Shown here piece after piece: positions 33,737 to 43,035 of a DNA stretch of 64,000 bases. The notes beneath the pieces were generated by a model. That model was given only the letters and a program-made list of their open reading frames with translations, was not told the DNA's origin and ran no database searches. Positions within the stretch are counted from its first letter, which is position 1, and the number at the start of each line of letters is the position of its first letter. The DNA lies in NCBI GenBank assembly GCA_046330135.1, contig JAXLTI010000008.1, forward strand, positions 10,302 through 74,301. The letters are read 5' to 3'. The DNA is from a bacterium (GTDB taxonomy: Bacteria > ARS69). The translations under genes were made by a program, and so were the position numbers.

Positions 33737-36106
33737 TCAGCGCTCGCCGCGCGGCTTCAGCTCCCGATCGAAGAACTCCAGGATCCGCGCATGGAGCCGC
33801 CGCGCGACGACCGGGTCCGACGCCATGTGCGTCTGTCCGACCAGCGGCATGAACTCGACCGACTTGCCCGCGCGCGTGAGCGCATCCAGCAGCTTGAGGC
33901 TGTGGACGAAGTAGACGTTGTCATCGGTCGTGCCGTGGATCACGAGCAGCGAACGCGAGAGCCCGTCCACGTACGTGAGGACCGAGCTTCGCTCGTAGGC
34001 CGCCGCCGCGGACGGCGGCACGCCGAGGTAGCGTTCCGTGTAGTACGTGTCGTAGTCGAGCCAATCCGCCACGGGCGCGCAGGCCACGCCGCACTGGAAC
34101 ACGGCAGGCCGCTGCATCACGGCCATCGCGGCGAAGTAGCCGCCGAAGGACCAACCCCAGATCCCCGCGTGCGTCAGGTCCAGCTCCGGGAAGCGCGCGC
34201 CGAGCGCTAGAAGCGCTTCGACCTGATCGGCGAGCGCGGGGCCGATCAGGTCGCCGCGGATCGCGCGCTCCCACTCGCGGCCGCGGCCGGGCGTGCCGCG
34301 TCCGTCGATCAGGACCACGACGTAGCCCTGGTCGGCGAGCCACTGATCCATCGCCAGGCGCCGGCGCGACGCCACGGCCACCTGGCCGTGCGGACCGCCG
34401 TACACGTCGACGATCACGGGGTATTTCCGGGAGGCGTCGAAGCCCTGCGGTCGCACGACCACGGTCCGATAGTCGCGTGCGCCGACCCGAACGATCTCCG
34501 CGCGCGGCACGAAGGACGGCGTCTCGGCGACCGACGTCAGCGCGCCAGCTGCAGAACCATCGCCGCGCCGCACCTCCAGGGAACGCGCGCCTTCCCACGG
34601 ATCGGACGTGAACACGTACGTCGCGCTTCGCTCGGCGAAGGCGCCGCCGTAGATTCCGGGGGCTTGGCTCACTCGCTGCAGCGCGCCGCCGGCCGGATCC
34701 AGCGGCACGCGATAGAGGTGCGTCTCGGTGGGCTCCTCGCTCGCCGTGATCCAGGCCGCATCGCCCTTCGGATCCACGTGCAGCAACGCGCGAACCTCGA
34801 GGCTCGGCGGCGTCAGCGTGCGCGCGAGGGTGCCTGAGCGCGAGCGCCACTCCAGCTGCGGCACGCCCGCGCGCTCGGTGATCCACAGGAACGCGGAGCC
34901 GTCCGCGAGCCAGAGCGGCGCGCCGTCTTGGAGATTGAGCCACGTCGAGTCCTTCTCCACGAGCAGCGGGTGCGTGGCGCCGTCGGCGGTGTCGACTTCG
35001 AGCAGGACCTCCTCGGTCTGCTCGCGATTCTGCACGAGCAATGTCGGCGGCGCGTGCTCCGACCAGCCGACGAACGCCACGTAGGGATAGAGGACACGAT
35101 CCCACTTCACGTCGACGGCAGCGCCGGCGTGCGAACTCTTACCGGCACCTCCCGCCGGCGCACGTGCATCTGAGCGTTTGTCGGTTCGCCCCCCTGCGCC
35201 GGCCGCGCGCCGGGAGCCGCCGGCCGACGAGCCCCCGCCCGCCGCGCCCGCAGAGCCGGCGGCCGCCGCGCCGCCCTCCACCGCGACGAAGCTCAGCGTC
35301 ACCTTCGCATTCTCGTGCCCGGGCCGCGGGTACGGCCACGACTGCGGAGCCTGCTCCGGGTGAAGGGGATCGGAGATGTACATGCGCTCCACACCCCGCG
35401 TGTCCGAGCGCTCCACGAGCAGCGTCTTGCTGTCCGGCGACCACCAGAAGCCGTGGAATCGATCCATCTCCTCCTGCGCCACGAACTCCGCCAGCCCGTA
35501 GGCGACGTCGTCGTTCTCGCGGTGCGTGAGGCGCCGCTCACGGCCGGACGCGATGTCCGTCACGTAGACGTCGCCGTCCCGTACGCACGCCACCTTCGCG
35601 CCGTCGGGCGAGAGCTGAGGATCCTCGGCGGCCGGCGCGTCGCTCTCGAGCTCGACGACCGCGCCGCTCGCGCGCTCCACGACGAAGAGCCGCCCGGAAA
35701 GCGGCACGAGGAGCCGTCGACCGTCCTTCGAGATCTGGAACGACGCGATGCCGCGCGCGGCCATGCGCAGGCGCTCGCGGTGCGCGCGCTCCTCCGGCGT
35801 GAGGCTCTCCGCGGCGCCGGCCAGCAACGTCTCCGCGGAGAGGAGCTTGGTCTCGGTCCCGCTCGCCACGTCGAAGGAGTAGAGATCCTGCACGAAGCTG
35901 CGCGGCCCGGAGCGGAGGAAGAGCACCGCGTCGCCGTCGGGCGCCACCGTCACGCTCGCAGGAAACCCGAGGCGAAAGCCCCACGTTTCCGAGTACTGCG
36001 CGAGAAACGAGGTGTCGGCGGGGGCTTCGGCAGCCGCCGCATCCGCGCTCGCGAGGGTCGTCAGGGCGGCCGCCGCGACGGGAAGCCACTGGGTACGGAG
36101 TCTCAT
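33737..36106 (-). CDS. S9-family dipeptidyl-peptidase IV-like serine peptidase with signal peptide
   Basis: ATG at 36106 (MRLRTQWLPVAAAALTTLASA). N-terminal propeller region. The C-terminal alpha/beta hydrolase carries GWSFGG nucleophile elbow, Asp and His. Contains a Gly/Ala-rich insertion. Confidence 0.8.
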   Translation of the reverse strand: MRLRTQWLPVAAAALTTLASADAAAAEAPADTSFLAQYSETWGFRLGFPASVTVAPDGDAVLFLRSGPRSFVQDLYSFDVASGTETKLLSAETLLAGAAESLTPEERAHRERLRMAARGIASFQISKDGRRLLVPLSGRLFVVERASGAVVELESDAPAAEDPQLSPDGAKVACVRDGDVYVTDIASGRERRLTHRENDDVAYGLAEFVAQEEMDRFHGFWWSPDSKTLLVERSDTRGVERMYISDPLHPEQAPQSWPYPRPGHENAKVTLSFVAVEGGAAAAGSAGAAGGGSSAGGSRRAAGAGGRTDKRSDARAPAGGAGKSSHAGAAVDVKWDRVLYPYVAFVGWSEHAPPTLLVQNREQTEEVLLEVDTADGATHPLLVEKDSTWLNLQDGAPLWLADGSAFLWITERAGVPQLEWRSRSGTLARTLTPPSLEVRALLHVDPKGDAAWITASEEPTETHLYRVPLDPAGGALQRVSQAPGIYGGAFAERSATYVFTSDPWEGARSLEVRRGDGSAAGALTSVAETPSFVPRAEIVRVGARDYRTVVVRPQGFDASRKYPVIVDVYGGPHGQVAVASRRRLAMDQWLADQGYVVVLIDGRGTPGRGREWERAIRGDLIGPALADQVEALLALGARFPELDLTHAGIWGWSFGGYFAAMAVMQRPAVFQCGVACAPVADWLDYDTYYTERYLGVPPSAAAAYERSSVLTYVDGLSRSLLVIHGTTDDNVYFVHSLKLLDALTRAGKSVEFMPLVGQTHMASDPVVARRLHARILEFFDRELKPRGER

Positions 36107-36192
36107 GAGGGCCTCGTCCGCGCGACCGGATCGCCGCGCGCGGGCCCACGGTAGAGCCGACCGCGGTGCTCGGGCAAGGACCGTGCGGCAGC

Positions 36193-36921
36193 TCAGTTGC
36201 TGCGCGCGCCCTGATCGATCCAATCGGAAATGAGCTGGATCTCGGCGTCCGACATGTAGAAGGGGACCGTGGACTGCGGCATGCGCGACCCCACGGGCGT
36301 CGTGGGGAGAAGCACCTGGATGAGCCGGCTCGACGCGCTTCGCCGCGGGATGACGACGATGCCGGTGGCGGAGCCCTGCATGAGCCGGTCGTAGGGGAGG
36401 ATCTCGAAGCCCCCGGTGCAGGCGGGCTCGCAGAACCCGTGGCAGCTCACGCAGTCGTGTCCCCCGTTGACCTGGAAATCGAAGAGGGGCGTGACGTCGC
36501 GCCCGAAGAGGACCTCCGGCACGGTGGAGAACTCCGCGCCCTGCGAGATGATCCCGCCGGCCTGCACGCGGATCGGCCCGCTCGCGGCGGCTGGGACGAG
36601 GGCCGTGATCTTGTCGTCCGCCCAGGACACGATCGTGGCCTCGACGTCGCCGCGGAGCGCCGTCCCGGTGAAGAGGACGTGCCCGGCAGTCGCGCCGAAG
36701 CGGACGCCGGCGACCTGCACGGTGTCGCCCGAGAACGTGCGCATGGGAAGGACGTCGGAGATCACCGGCGCGTCGCCGGTGGGGGGCGGCGGCCCGGTCT
36801 CGTTGGGCAGGTCCTTCCCGAGATCCGCGCACCCATGGAGGAACGCCGGCACCCCGAAGAGCGCCGCGCCGACTGCGACGATCAGACGCGCACGCACGGA
36901 GCGCGGGCAAGCGTTCGACAT
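36193..36921 (-). CDS. lipoprotein with a CxxCH haem-binding motif (putative c-type cytochrome domain)
   Basis: ATG at 36921 with SD AAGGTGA. Lipobox ...AFLHGC. DCVSCHGFCEPAC contains CVSCH. It lies ~180 bp downstream of the copA-like gene on the same strand. Confidence 0.5.
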   Translation of the reverse strand: MSNACPRSVRARLIVAVGAALFGVPAFLHGCADLGKDLPNETGPPPPTGDAPVISDVLPMRTFSGDTVQVAGVRFGATAGHVLFTGTALRGDVEATIVSWADDKITALVPAAASGPIRVQAGGIISQGAEFSTVPEVLFGRDVTPLFDFQVNGGHDCVSCHGFCEPACTGGFEILPYDRLMQGSATGIVVIPRRSASSRLIQVLLPTTPVGSRMPQSTVPFYMSDAEIQLISDWIDQGARSN

Positions 36922-37102
36922 CGGAGTCACCTTGGGGGGAGTCGGCGGCGAGGAGGCGCAGTATAGCCCAGGAAGCGTCCGGCGGGACCAGCGGAAGCCG
37001 CTGCCGAGGCGAATCCACGAACAGCCCGGCGGAAGCCACGGCCGCAGCGAACTCATGTCCGGCTGGCGGAAGCCTGGCCGCCGGACCGGACTCGCGGCCA
37101 CC

Positions 37103-39514
37103 CTAGCGGAAGCCTCGCAGCCGGAGCGAATTGGTGACTACCGAGACCGAGCTGAGCGCCATCGCCGCGCTGGCGAAGACCGGCGAGAGCAACCAGCCGG
37201 TCCACGGGTAGAACACGCCGGCGGCGAGCGGAATCCCCAGGGCGTTGTACCCGAACGCCCACGCGAGATTCTGCCGGATGATGCCGATCGCGCTCCGGGC
37301 GAGTCGAATCACGGCCGGCAGCGACGTCAACCGGCCGCCGATCAGCGCCACGTCCGCCGCCTCGAGCGCCACGTCCGTGCCCGAGCCCATCGCGATCGAG
37401 AGATCCGCAGCGGCGAGCGCGGCGGCGTCGTTCACGCCGTCGCCGGCCATCGCGACGACCGCGCCCTCCTCGCGCAGCCGCCGCACGCGCGCGATCTTCT
37501 CTTCCGGCGACGCCTCCGCGATCACCTCGTCGATGCCCACCTCGCGCGCCGCCGCTTCCGCGCTCGCCTTTCGATCGCCGCTCAGCAGCAAGACCCGGAG
37601 TCCCATCGCGCGAAGCGCCGACACCGCTTCGCGCGCGTCCTTGCGCAACGGATCCCGCACGGCGAGCGCCGCCAGCGCGCGCCCCTCCACCGCGACGCAG
37701 ACCGGCGTGGCGCCGCGCTCCTCGATCGAGCGCACCGCCGCCGAAAGCCCCGCGAGCTCCGCGCCCTGCTCCACGAGGAACGCCGCCGTGCCGACACGCA
37801 CGCGCTTCCCGTCCGCGCGCCCGAGCACGCCGCCGCCCGGCTGCGCGAACACGGTCTCCGCCGTCACGTCACGCGCGCCCCGTGTCTCCGCGAAGCGCAC
37901 GATCGCCCCGGCCAGCGGATGCTCCGAGCGTCGCTCGAGGGCGGCCGCGAGCGCGAGGACTTCGCCCTCGGCGAGCCCCGCGTCCGGCGCGAACGTGGCC
38001 TCGACCACCTCCGGCCGTCCCTCGGTGAGCGTCCCCGTCTTGTCGAGCACGACGACGTTCACGCGATGCGCCGTCTCCAGCACCGCCGCGTTGCGCACGA
38101 GAATTCCGAGCGCGGCCGCGCGGCCCGTGGCCACCGCCACCGCCGCCGGCACCGCGAGGCCCATCGCGCACGGACACGCGATGATGAGGATCGTGACGAA
38201 GACGTGCAATCCGAACGCGACGCCGTGCCCCAGCGCGATCCACACGACGAGCGCCGCGAGCGCCGCGGCGAGCACCGCCGGCACGAACACCGCCGCCACC
38301 TGATCCGCCAGGCGCTGTACCGCCGGCTTCGCGGCCATCGCCGCCTCGAGAAGGCGCACGATGCGCGCGAGCGTGGTGTGCTCGCCCACGGCGGTGGCGC
38401 GGTACGTGATGGCGCCGTTCCCGTTCACGGTGCCCGCGGCCACGAGGCCGCCCTGCGACTTCTCCACGGGAATCGCTTCCCCGGTGAGCATGGACTCGTC
38501 GATCGCGGTGCGACCGGTCTCGACCACGCCGTCCACGGCCACCTTCTCGCCGGGGCGGAGCACGACGCGATCGCCGAGAGCGACGACCTCGATCGGGACG
38601 TCGACCTCACGGCCGTCCCGGAGCACGCGCGCCGTGCTCGGCGCCCGAGCCGCGAGCGCGCGCACCGCTTCGCCCGCGCGCCGCTTCGCCCGCTCCTCCA
38701 GCAAGCGCCCGAGGGTGACGAGCGAGACGACCCACGGGATCGCCTCGTACCAGACGTCGGCCGGAAGGCCCCATGCGCGCACGCGGTCCGGCGCGATCGT
38801 CACGATCGCCGAGGCCACGAAGGCCGTGCCGGTGCCGATGGCCACGAGCGAGTCCATGTCCAGGTATCCGTGACGCAGCCCGCGCCAGGTGCGATCGAAG
38901 AAGTGCCGGCCGGACCACAGGAGGATCGGGAGCGTGAGCGCGAAGAGGATCCAGCGGAGCAGCGAGGGCGACGCGCTCTCGAGGCCGGGCACGAGACGAG
39001 CGATCGCGTCCACGGGGCGCATGGCCGCGTGCATCAGATCGGGCACGCGCGAGGCCTCCGCGTGCATGAGCGGCGCGGAGAGGAGCATCGCCACCCAGGC
39101 TGCCGCGAACGTGTACGTGAAGCGCGCGCCGAGCTGCCCTTCGCTCGGCGTCCCGCGCACGTGGGCGGCGTGATGCTCCGGAAGAGCGCGCTCGCGGACG
39201 TGCGCGTCGTAGCCGGCCGTGCGCACGGCCTCCACCAGCGTCTCCGCCGACGGGCCCGAGTCCACGTGCGCGATCTCGGCGCGCTGCGAGAGGAGGTCCA
39301 CGCTGGCGTGCGTCACGCCCGGGACGGCGGCGAGCGCCTTCTCCACGCGCGCTACGCAGCTGGCGCAGTGCATCCCGGTCACGTCGAGCTTCGTGAGCCC
39401 GGCCTTCGCGCGGTCCGCCTTCGTGCGCTCCGTCTTCGCGTGCTCCGTCTTCGTACGCTCCTCCTTCGTGTCCTTCGTATTATGGGCTCCATTCGATCCG
39501 CTCGGTTCCGACAA
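37103..39514 (-). CDS. copA: copper-translocating P1B-type ATPase (CopA-like) with one N-terminal HMA domain
   Basis: GMHCASC HMA. TGES, CPC (TM6), DKTGTLT, GDGVNDAAAL. TM7-8 GYNALGIP and MALSSVSV are typical of Cu+ ATPases. The start is ambiguous: no in-frame ATG lies just upstream of the HMA, so TTG 39514 is used. A farther ATG at 39658 would require a low-GC3 stretch that looks intergenic. Confidence 0.8.
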   Translation of the reverse strand: MSEPSGSNGAHNTKDTKEERTKTEHAKTERTKADRAKAGLTKLDVTGMHCASCVARVEKALAAVPGVTHASVDLLSQRAEIAHVDSGPSAETLVEAVRTAGYDAHVRERALPEHHAAHVRGTPSEGQLGARFTYTFAAAWVAMLLSAPLMHAEASRVPDLMHAAMRPVDAIARLVPGLESASPSLLRWILFALTLPILLWSGRHFFDRTWRGLRHGYLDMDSLVAIGTGTAFVASAIVTIAPDRVRAWGLPADVWYEAIPWVVSLVTLGRLLEERAKRRAGEAVRALAARAPSTARVLRDGREVDVPIEVVALGDRVVLRPGEKVAVDGVVETGRTAIDESMLTGEAIPVEKSQGGLVAAGTVNGNGAITYRATAVGEHTTLARIVRLLEAAMAAKPAVQRLADQVAAVFVPAVLAAALAALVVWIALGHGVAFGLHVFVTILIIACPCAMGLAVPAAVAVATGRAAALGILVRNAAVLETAHRVNVVVLDKTGTLTEGRPEVVEATFAPDAGLAEGEVLALAAALERRSEHPLAGAIVRFAETRGARDVTAETVFAQPGGGVLGRADGKRVRVGTAAFLVEQGAELAGLSAAVRSIEERGATPVCVAVEGRALAALAVRDPLRKDAREAVSALRAMGLRVLLLSGDRKASAEAAAREVGIDEVIAEASPEEKIARVRRLREEGAVVAMAGDGVNDAAALAAADLSIAMGSGTDVALEAADVALIGGRLTSLPAVIRLARSAIGIIRQNLAWAFGYNALGIPLAAGVFYPWTGWLLSPVFASAAMALSSVSVVTNSLRLRGFR

Positions 39515-39565
39515 TACCCGGCACCCCCTTGACGGAGAAGGGACGCGGGGTTTCCCTAAGGGTCT

Positions 39566-39865
39566 ATGTTGCGTCGACGCTTCGGGGCCGCATTCGCGCT
39601 CTTCATCCTCCTCGCGGGGCCACTCGGGCTCCTCGCGGCGGAGCATGGCGCCTTCCATCACCCCGGGGCCGCGGACGAGCACGGCGCTCCGTGTCCCGTC
39701 TGCCAATTCCTGAGCACCACCTCCATCGAGGCGCCGCTCCCTGCGGCGTACCTCCCCGTGCTCGTGCTCGTCCACGACGAGCCGAGCGTCCAGGTCACCA
39801 CTCCGGCGGCCGCGCCCACCTTCGCGCCCCGCCAGTCCCGCGCTCCACCCTCCCTCCTCTCCTGA
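39566..39865 (+). CDS. small secreted His-rich/CxxC protein (possible periplasmic metal-binding protein)
   Basis: Signal peptide MLRRRFGAAFALFILLAGPLGLLAAEHG, then HHPGAADEHGAPCPVCQF. High GC3. AAGGG SD. TTGACG -35-like hexamer at 39528. Confidence 0.45.
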   Translation: MLRRRFGAAFALFILLAGPLGLLAAEHGAFHHPGAADEHGAPCPVCQFLSTTSIEAPLPAAYLPVLVLVHDEPSVQVTTPAAAPTFAPRQSRAPPSLLS

Positions 39866-39960
39866 GTCGGTCCTAGGTCGGGGCGCTCCGCGTCCCGTCG
39901 TCTGCGTGCCCGCCCGCCGGCGTTGCGCGCCGAACCGTCTTCCCGGAGAGGAGACCCTCC

Positions 39961-41112
39961 ATGCCTCGCATGGGTTCCGTCGGCGCCGCGGTCGCCGCGG
40001 TGCTGATCTGCATCGTCCCCCGCCCCGCTCGGGCGGGAGTCGTGAATCCGAACATCTCCGTGCTCGGCCAGCCGTTCCTGCGCTGGACCAACGACCCCGC
40101 GGATCCTTCCGCAAAGCGCGTGACGTTGAACCAGGGGGAAGTCGAAGCCGTCTTCGACGCGTACCTGAATCCCTACGCCACGGGCATGTTCGTGCTCTCG
40201 GTGGCGGACCACGGCATCGACGTCGAAGAGGGCTACTTCACGCTCTTGCGCGGGTTGCCGGGCGGGCTCGTCCTGAAGGGCGGCAAGTACCGCGTCAACT
40301 TCGGGAAGTTCAACGTCATGCACCCGCACGCGGTCCCCTTCATGGACCGGCCGAGGGTGCTCGCCGCCTACCTCCCCGGCGAGGAGTCGTTGAACGAGAC
40401 CGGCGTCTCCCTGTCCGAGCGGATTCCCGTGCCGGGCACGTTCTCGCTGACGGTCTCGGGAGACTGGTTGCAAGGAGACTCGTACCGCATCGCGCGCCAT
40501 CCGAGCCTCGCGCCGGATGATCCCCTGAGCCTGGACCCCGAGGGCGACGACCGCGCGGACGAAGCGCGTCCGGCCTTCGTGGGACACCTCTCGGGCTTCG
40601 GCTCGATCGGGGACCGATCCGGCTACGAGCTCACGCTCTCCGCCACGGGCGGGACCAACAACGTCGCGGCGGGGACGCTCACGAAGGTCTACGACGCGGG
40701 CGGGAAGCTGAAGCTCTGGACCGCGCCGAACTCGTATCTGCTCGTGCAAGGCGAAGTCTTGAAGCTGGACCGCGAGGACGCGGGCTGGGATGAAGCCCGG
40801 TCCACCTACACGAGCACCTCCGTGGAGCCTCTCGGGGGCTACGCCTACGCGGACTACAACTTCAACCCGCGCTGGGACGCCGGCGCGCTCTACGAGGGCT
40901 TCGAGGAGCCCACGACCGACAAGACCTCCGACCAATCGGTCGGTGCGTTCGTGGGTCTCTCGCTCCTCGAAGAGACCACGGTCTTCCGGCTCGACGTGAC
41001 GCACTTCATGCCCGGTACGCCGCCCGGTGCGTCCGAGTCTCCGGACGCCGTGGATACGGTCAATCTGCGCGTCATCTTCTCGATGGGCCCGCACAAGGCC
41101 CACCAGTTCTAG
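39961..41112 (+). CDS. putative outer-membrane beta-barrel protein/porin associated with metal uptake genes
   Basis: Signal peptide. Alternating amphipathic segments. C-terminal aromatic residue (...GPHKAHQF), typical of OM beta-barrels. Lies immediately upstream of ZnuA-like. Confidence 0.5.
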   Translation: MPRMGSVGAAVAAVLICIVPRPARAGVVNPNISVLGQPFLRWTNDPADPSAKRVTLNQGEVEAVFDAYLNPYATGMFVLSVADHGIDVEEGYFTLLRGLPGGLVLKGGKYRVNFGKFNVMHPHAVPFMDRPRVLAAYLPGEESLNETGVSLSERIPVPGTFSLTVSGDWLQGDSYRIARHPSLAPDDPLSLDPEGDDRADEARPAFVGHLSGFGSIGDRSGYELTLSATGGTNNVAAGTLTKVYDAGGKLKLWTAPNSYLLVQGEVLKLDREDAGWDEARSTYTSTSVEPLGGYAYADYNFNPRWDAGALYEGFEEPTTDKTSDQSVGAFVGLSLLEETTVFRLDVTHFMPGTPPGASESPDAVDTVNLRVIFSMGPHKAHQF

Positions 41113-41124
41113 GAGAGCGAATCG

Positions 41125-42042
41125 ATGAGAGCCATCCTGCAGACCCTGAGTGCGGCCGTCCTCGTGTCGGCGGCCGCCGGCACCACGCAGCCCGCCGCCG
41201 CGAAGATCCGCGTGGCGGCGTCCCTGACCGACCTCGCGTCGATCGCCAGCTCCGTCGGCGGCGACCAGGTGGAGACCTTCTCCATCGCGCGGCCGAACGC
41301 CGACCCGCACCACGTGGAAGTGCTGCCGTCGTACATGGTCAAGGTGTCGCGCGCGGATCTGTACCTCAAGGTGGGCCTCGGCCTCGATCAGTGGGCCGAC
41401 GGCATCGTGGACGGGTCGCGCAACGCGAAGCTCAAGGTGGTGGACTGCAGCGAGAACGTCCCGGTGCTCGACAAGCCCACCGAGACCGCCAATCTCGCGA
41501 AGCTCGGCGACGTGCACCCCTTCGGCAATCCGCACTACTGGCTGGACCCGCGCAACGGCGTGATCGTGGCCGCGCATCTCGCCGACGCCTTCGCGGACTT
41601 CGATCCCGCCCACGCCGCCGACTACCGCGCGCGCGCCGACGCGTTCGCGAAGGACGTCGACGCGGCGTACGCGCGGGAGAAGGCCGTCGCCGACGCGCTC
41701 CCGGTGAAGGCGATCTTCACGTACCACGCGTCCTGGGTGTACTTCGCCCACGCGTTCGGACTCGAGACCGTGGGCACCGCGGAGCCCGTGCCCGGCCTTC
41801 CGCCCACCGCCAATCACCTGGCCGAGCTGGTCAGGATCGCGAAAGAGCGCAAGGTGGCGGTGCTGATCCAGGAACCCTACTTCTCCGACGACGCGGGTCA
41901 GTTCCTCGCGCGCGAGACGGGGCTGCGCCCCGTGAAGGTCGCGCCGTCCTGCGACGGGACGGAAGCGGGGAGCTACCTCGCGCACTTCGACGACGTCTTG
42001 AAGCAGGTCGCCGGCCCCTCGCCGGCGGCCGCTCTTCACTAG
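41125..42042 (+). CDS. metal (Zn/Mn) ABC transporter periplasmic substrate-binding protein, TroA/ZnuA family
   Basis: Signal peptide. HHVEVLPSY, HPFGNPHYWLDP, YHASWVYFAHAFGL, typical cluster-9 SBP. Confidence 0.8.
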   Translation: MRAILQTLSAAVLVSAAAGTTQPAAAKIRVAASLTDLASIASSVGGDQVETFSIARPNADPHHVEVLPSYMVKVSRADLYLKVGLGLDQWADGIVDGSRNAKLKVVDCSENVPVLDKPTETANLAKLGDVHPFGNPHYWLDPRNGVIVAAHLADAFADFDPAHAADYRARADAFAKDVDAAYAREKAVADALPVKAIFTYHASWVYFAHAFGLETVGTAEPVPGLPPTANHLAELVRIAKERKVAVLIQEPYFSDDAGQFLARETGLRPVKVAPSCDGTEAGSYLAHFDDVLKQVAGPSPAAALH

Positions 42043-42051
42043 GAGCCCATC

Positions 42052-43035
42052 ATGATGGCGGCCTTCGCGCTTCCGTTCTTCCGCACGGCCCTCTTGGCGA
42101 GCCTCGTGCTGGCCGGCATCCACGCGTATCTGGGCTTCCACATCGTGCGTCGCGGCGTGATCTTCGTGGACCTCGCGCTCGCGCAGATGGCGGCGCTCGG
42201 CGTGGCGCTCGCGCTCGTGCTGAACGTGCACGAGAACGAGCACTTCACCTACGCGCTCGCGCTGGGCATGACGTTCGTGGGCGCCGCGGTGTTCGCGTGG
42301 CTCCGCGGGCAGGAGCAGCGCAACGTCCCGCTGGAAGCGTTCATCGGGATCGTGTTCGCCACCGCGCAGGCCGCCGTGTTCCTCATCCTCGAGAAGAGCC
42401 CGTCCGGACCGGAGCACCTGAAGGAGACGCTGGCGGGGAGTCTCTTCACCGTGGCGCCCCGTCACGTCCTCTACACGGCCATTCTCTATGCGGTCATCGG
42501 GACCGCGCACTTCCTGCTCCGGAAGCCCTTCTTCGAGATCACGAACGATCCGAAGGGAGCCGAGGCGCGCGGGCGGAAGCTCTTCTGGTGGGACCTCGCC
42601 TTCTACGGAATGTTCGGCTTCGTGGTGACGTCGAGCGTGCAGATCGCGGGCGTCCTGCTCGTGTTCGGATTCCTGGTGATTCCCGCGGTGGCCGGTCTCA
42701 TGGCCACGCAGCGTCCGGGGGTCGCGCTCGCCATCGGCTGGATCTTCGGCTTCCTCGGGAGCCTCCTCGGGTTGCTCGGCTCCGTGCAGCTCGACCTGCC
42801 GGCGGCGCCCAGCATTCTCGTGGCCCTCACGTTGCTCCTCGCGGTGTTGGGGGCGGCGCTGGCTCTGCGGAAGACGCAGGGCCGCGAGACCGCCCCCGCG
42901 GCGAGCGCGCGGCCGTCACGCGAGCGACCAGGCTCCGTACCCCACGACGGCGTCGCGGCTGCCGGCCGTGTCGCCGGAGTTGCGCAGGTCGAGCGTGCTC
43001 GACGCGAGACCGCGGCGGTGCGCAGCGACGAGTAG
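42052..43035 (+). CDS. metal ABC transporter permease, ABC-3 (ZnuB-like) family
   Basis: 8 predicted TM helices with the ABC-3 pattern. The C-terminal ~40 codons overlap the convergent Memo-like gene and may be non-functional tail. No cognate ATPase gene is adjacent. Confidence 0.75.
   Translation: MMAAFALPFFRTALLASLVLAGIHAYLGFHIVRRGVIFVDLALAQMAALGVALALVLNVHENEHFTYALALGMTFVGAAVFAWLRGQEQRNVPLEAFIGIVFATAQAAVFLILEKSPSGPEHLKETLAGSLFTVAPRHVLYTAILYAVIGTAHFLLRKPFFEITNDPKGAEARGRKLFWWDLAFYGMFGFVVTSSVQIAGVLLVFGFLVIPAVAGLMATQRPGVALAIGWIFGFLGSLLGLLGSVQLDLPAAPSILVALTLLLAVLGAALALRKTQGRETAPAASARPSRERPGSVPHDGVAAAGRVAGVAQVERARRETAAVRSDE

Noticed and set aside
36416-39532. 1,038-aa plus ORF
   Set aside because: Antisense to the CopA-like ATPase, which has all P1B motifs. 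The translation is Arg-rich low complexity.
39515-39658. Long N-terminal extension of the CopA ORF to ATG 39658 (or the ORF-track start 40114)
   Set aside because: The codons between 39490 and 39560 are low-GC3 and include rare aga/tta/aaa/gta. The region looks intergenic, with a TTGACG hexamer and the start of the opposite-strand small ORF. Kept only as an alternative.
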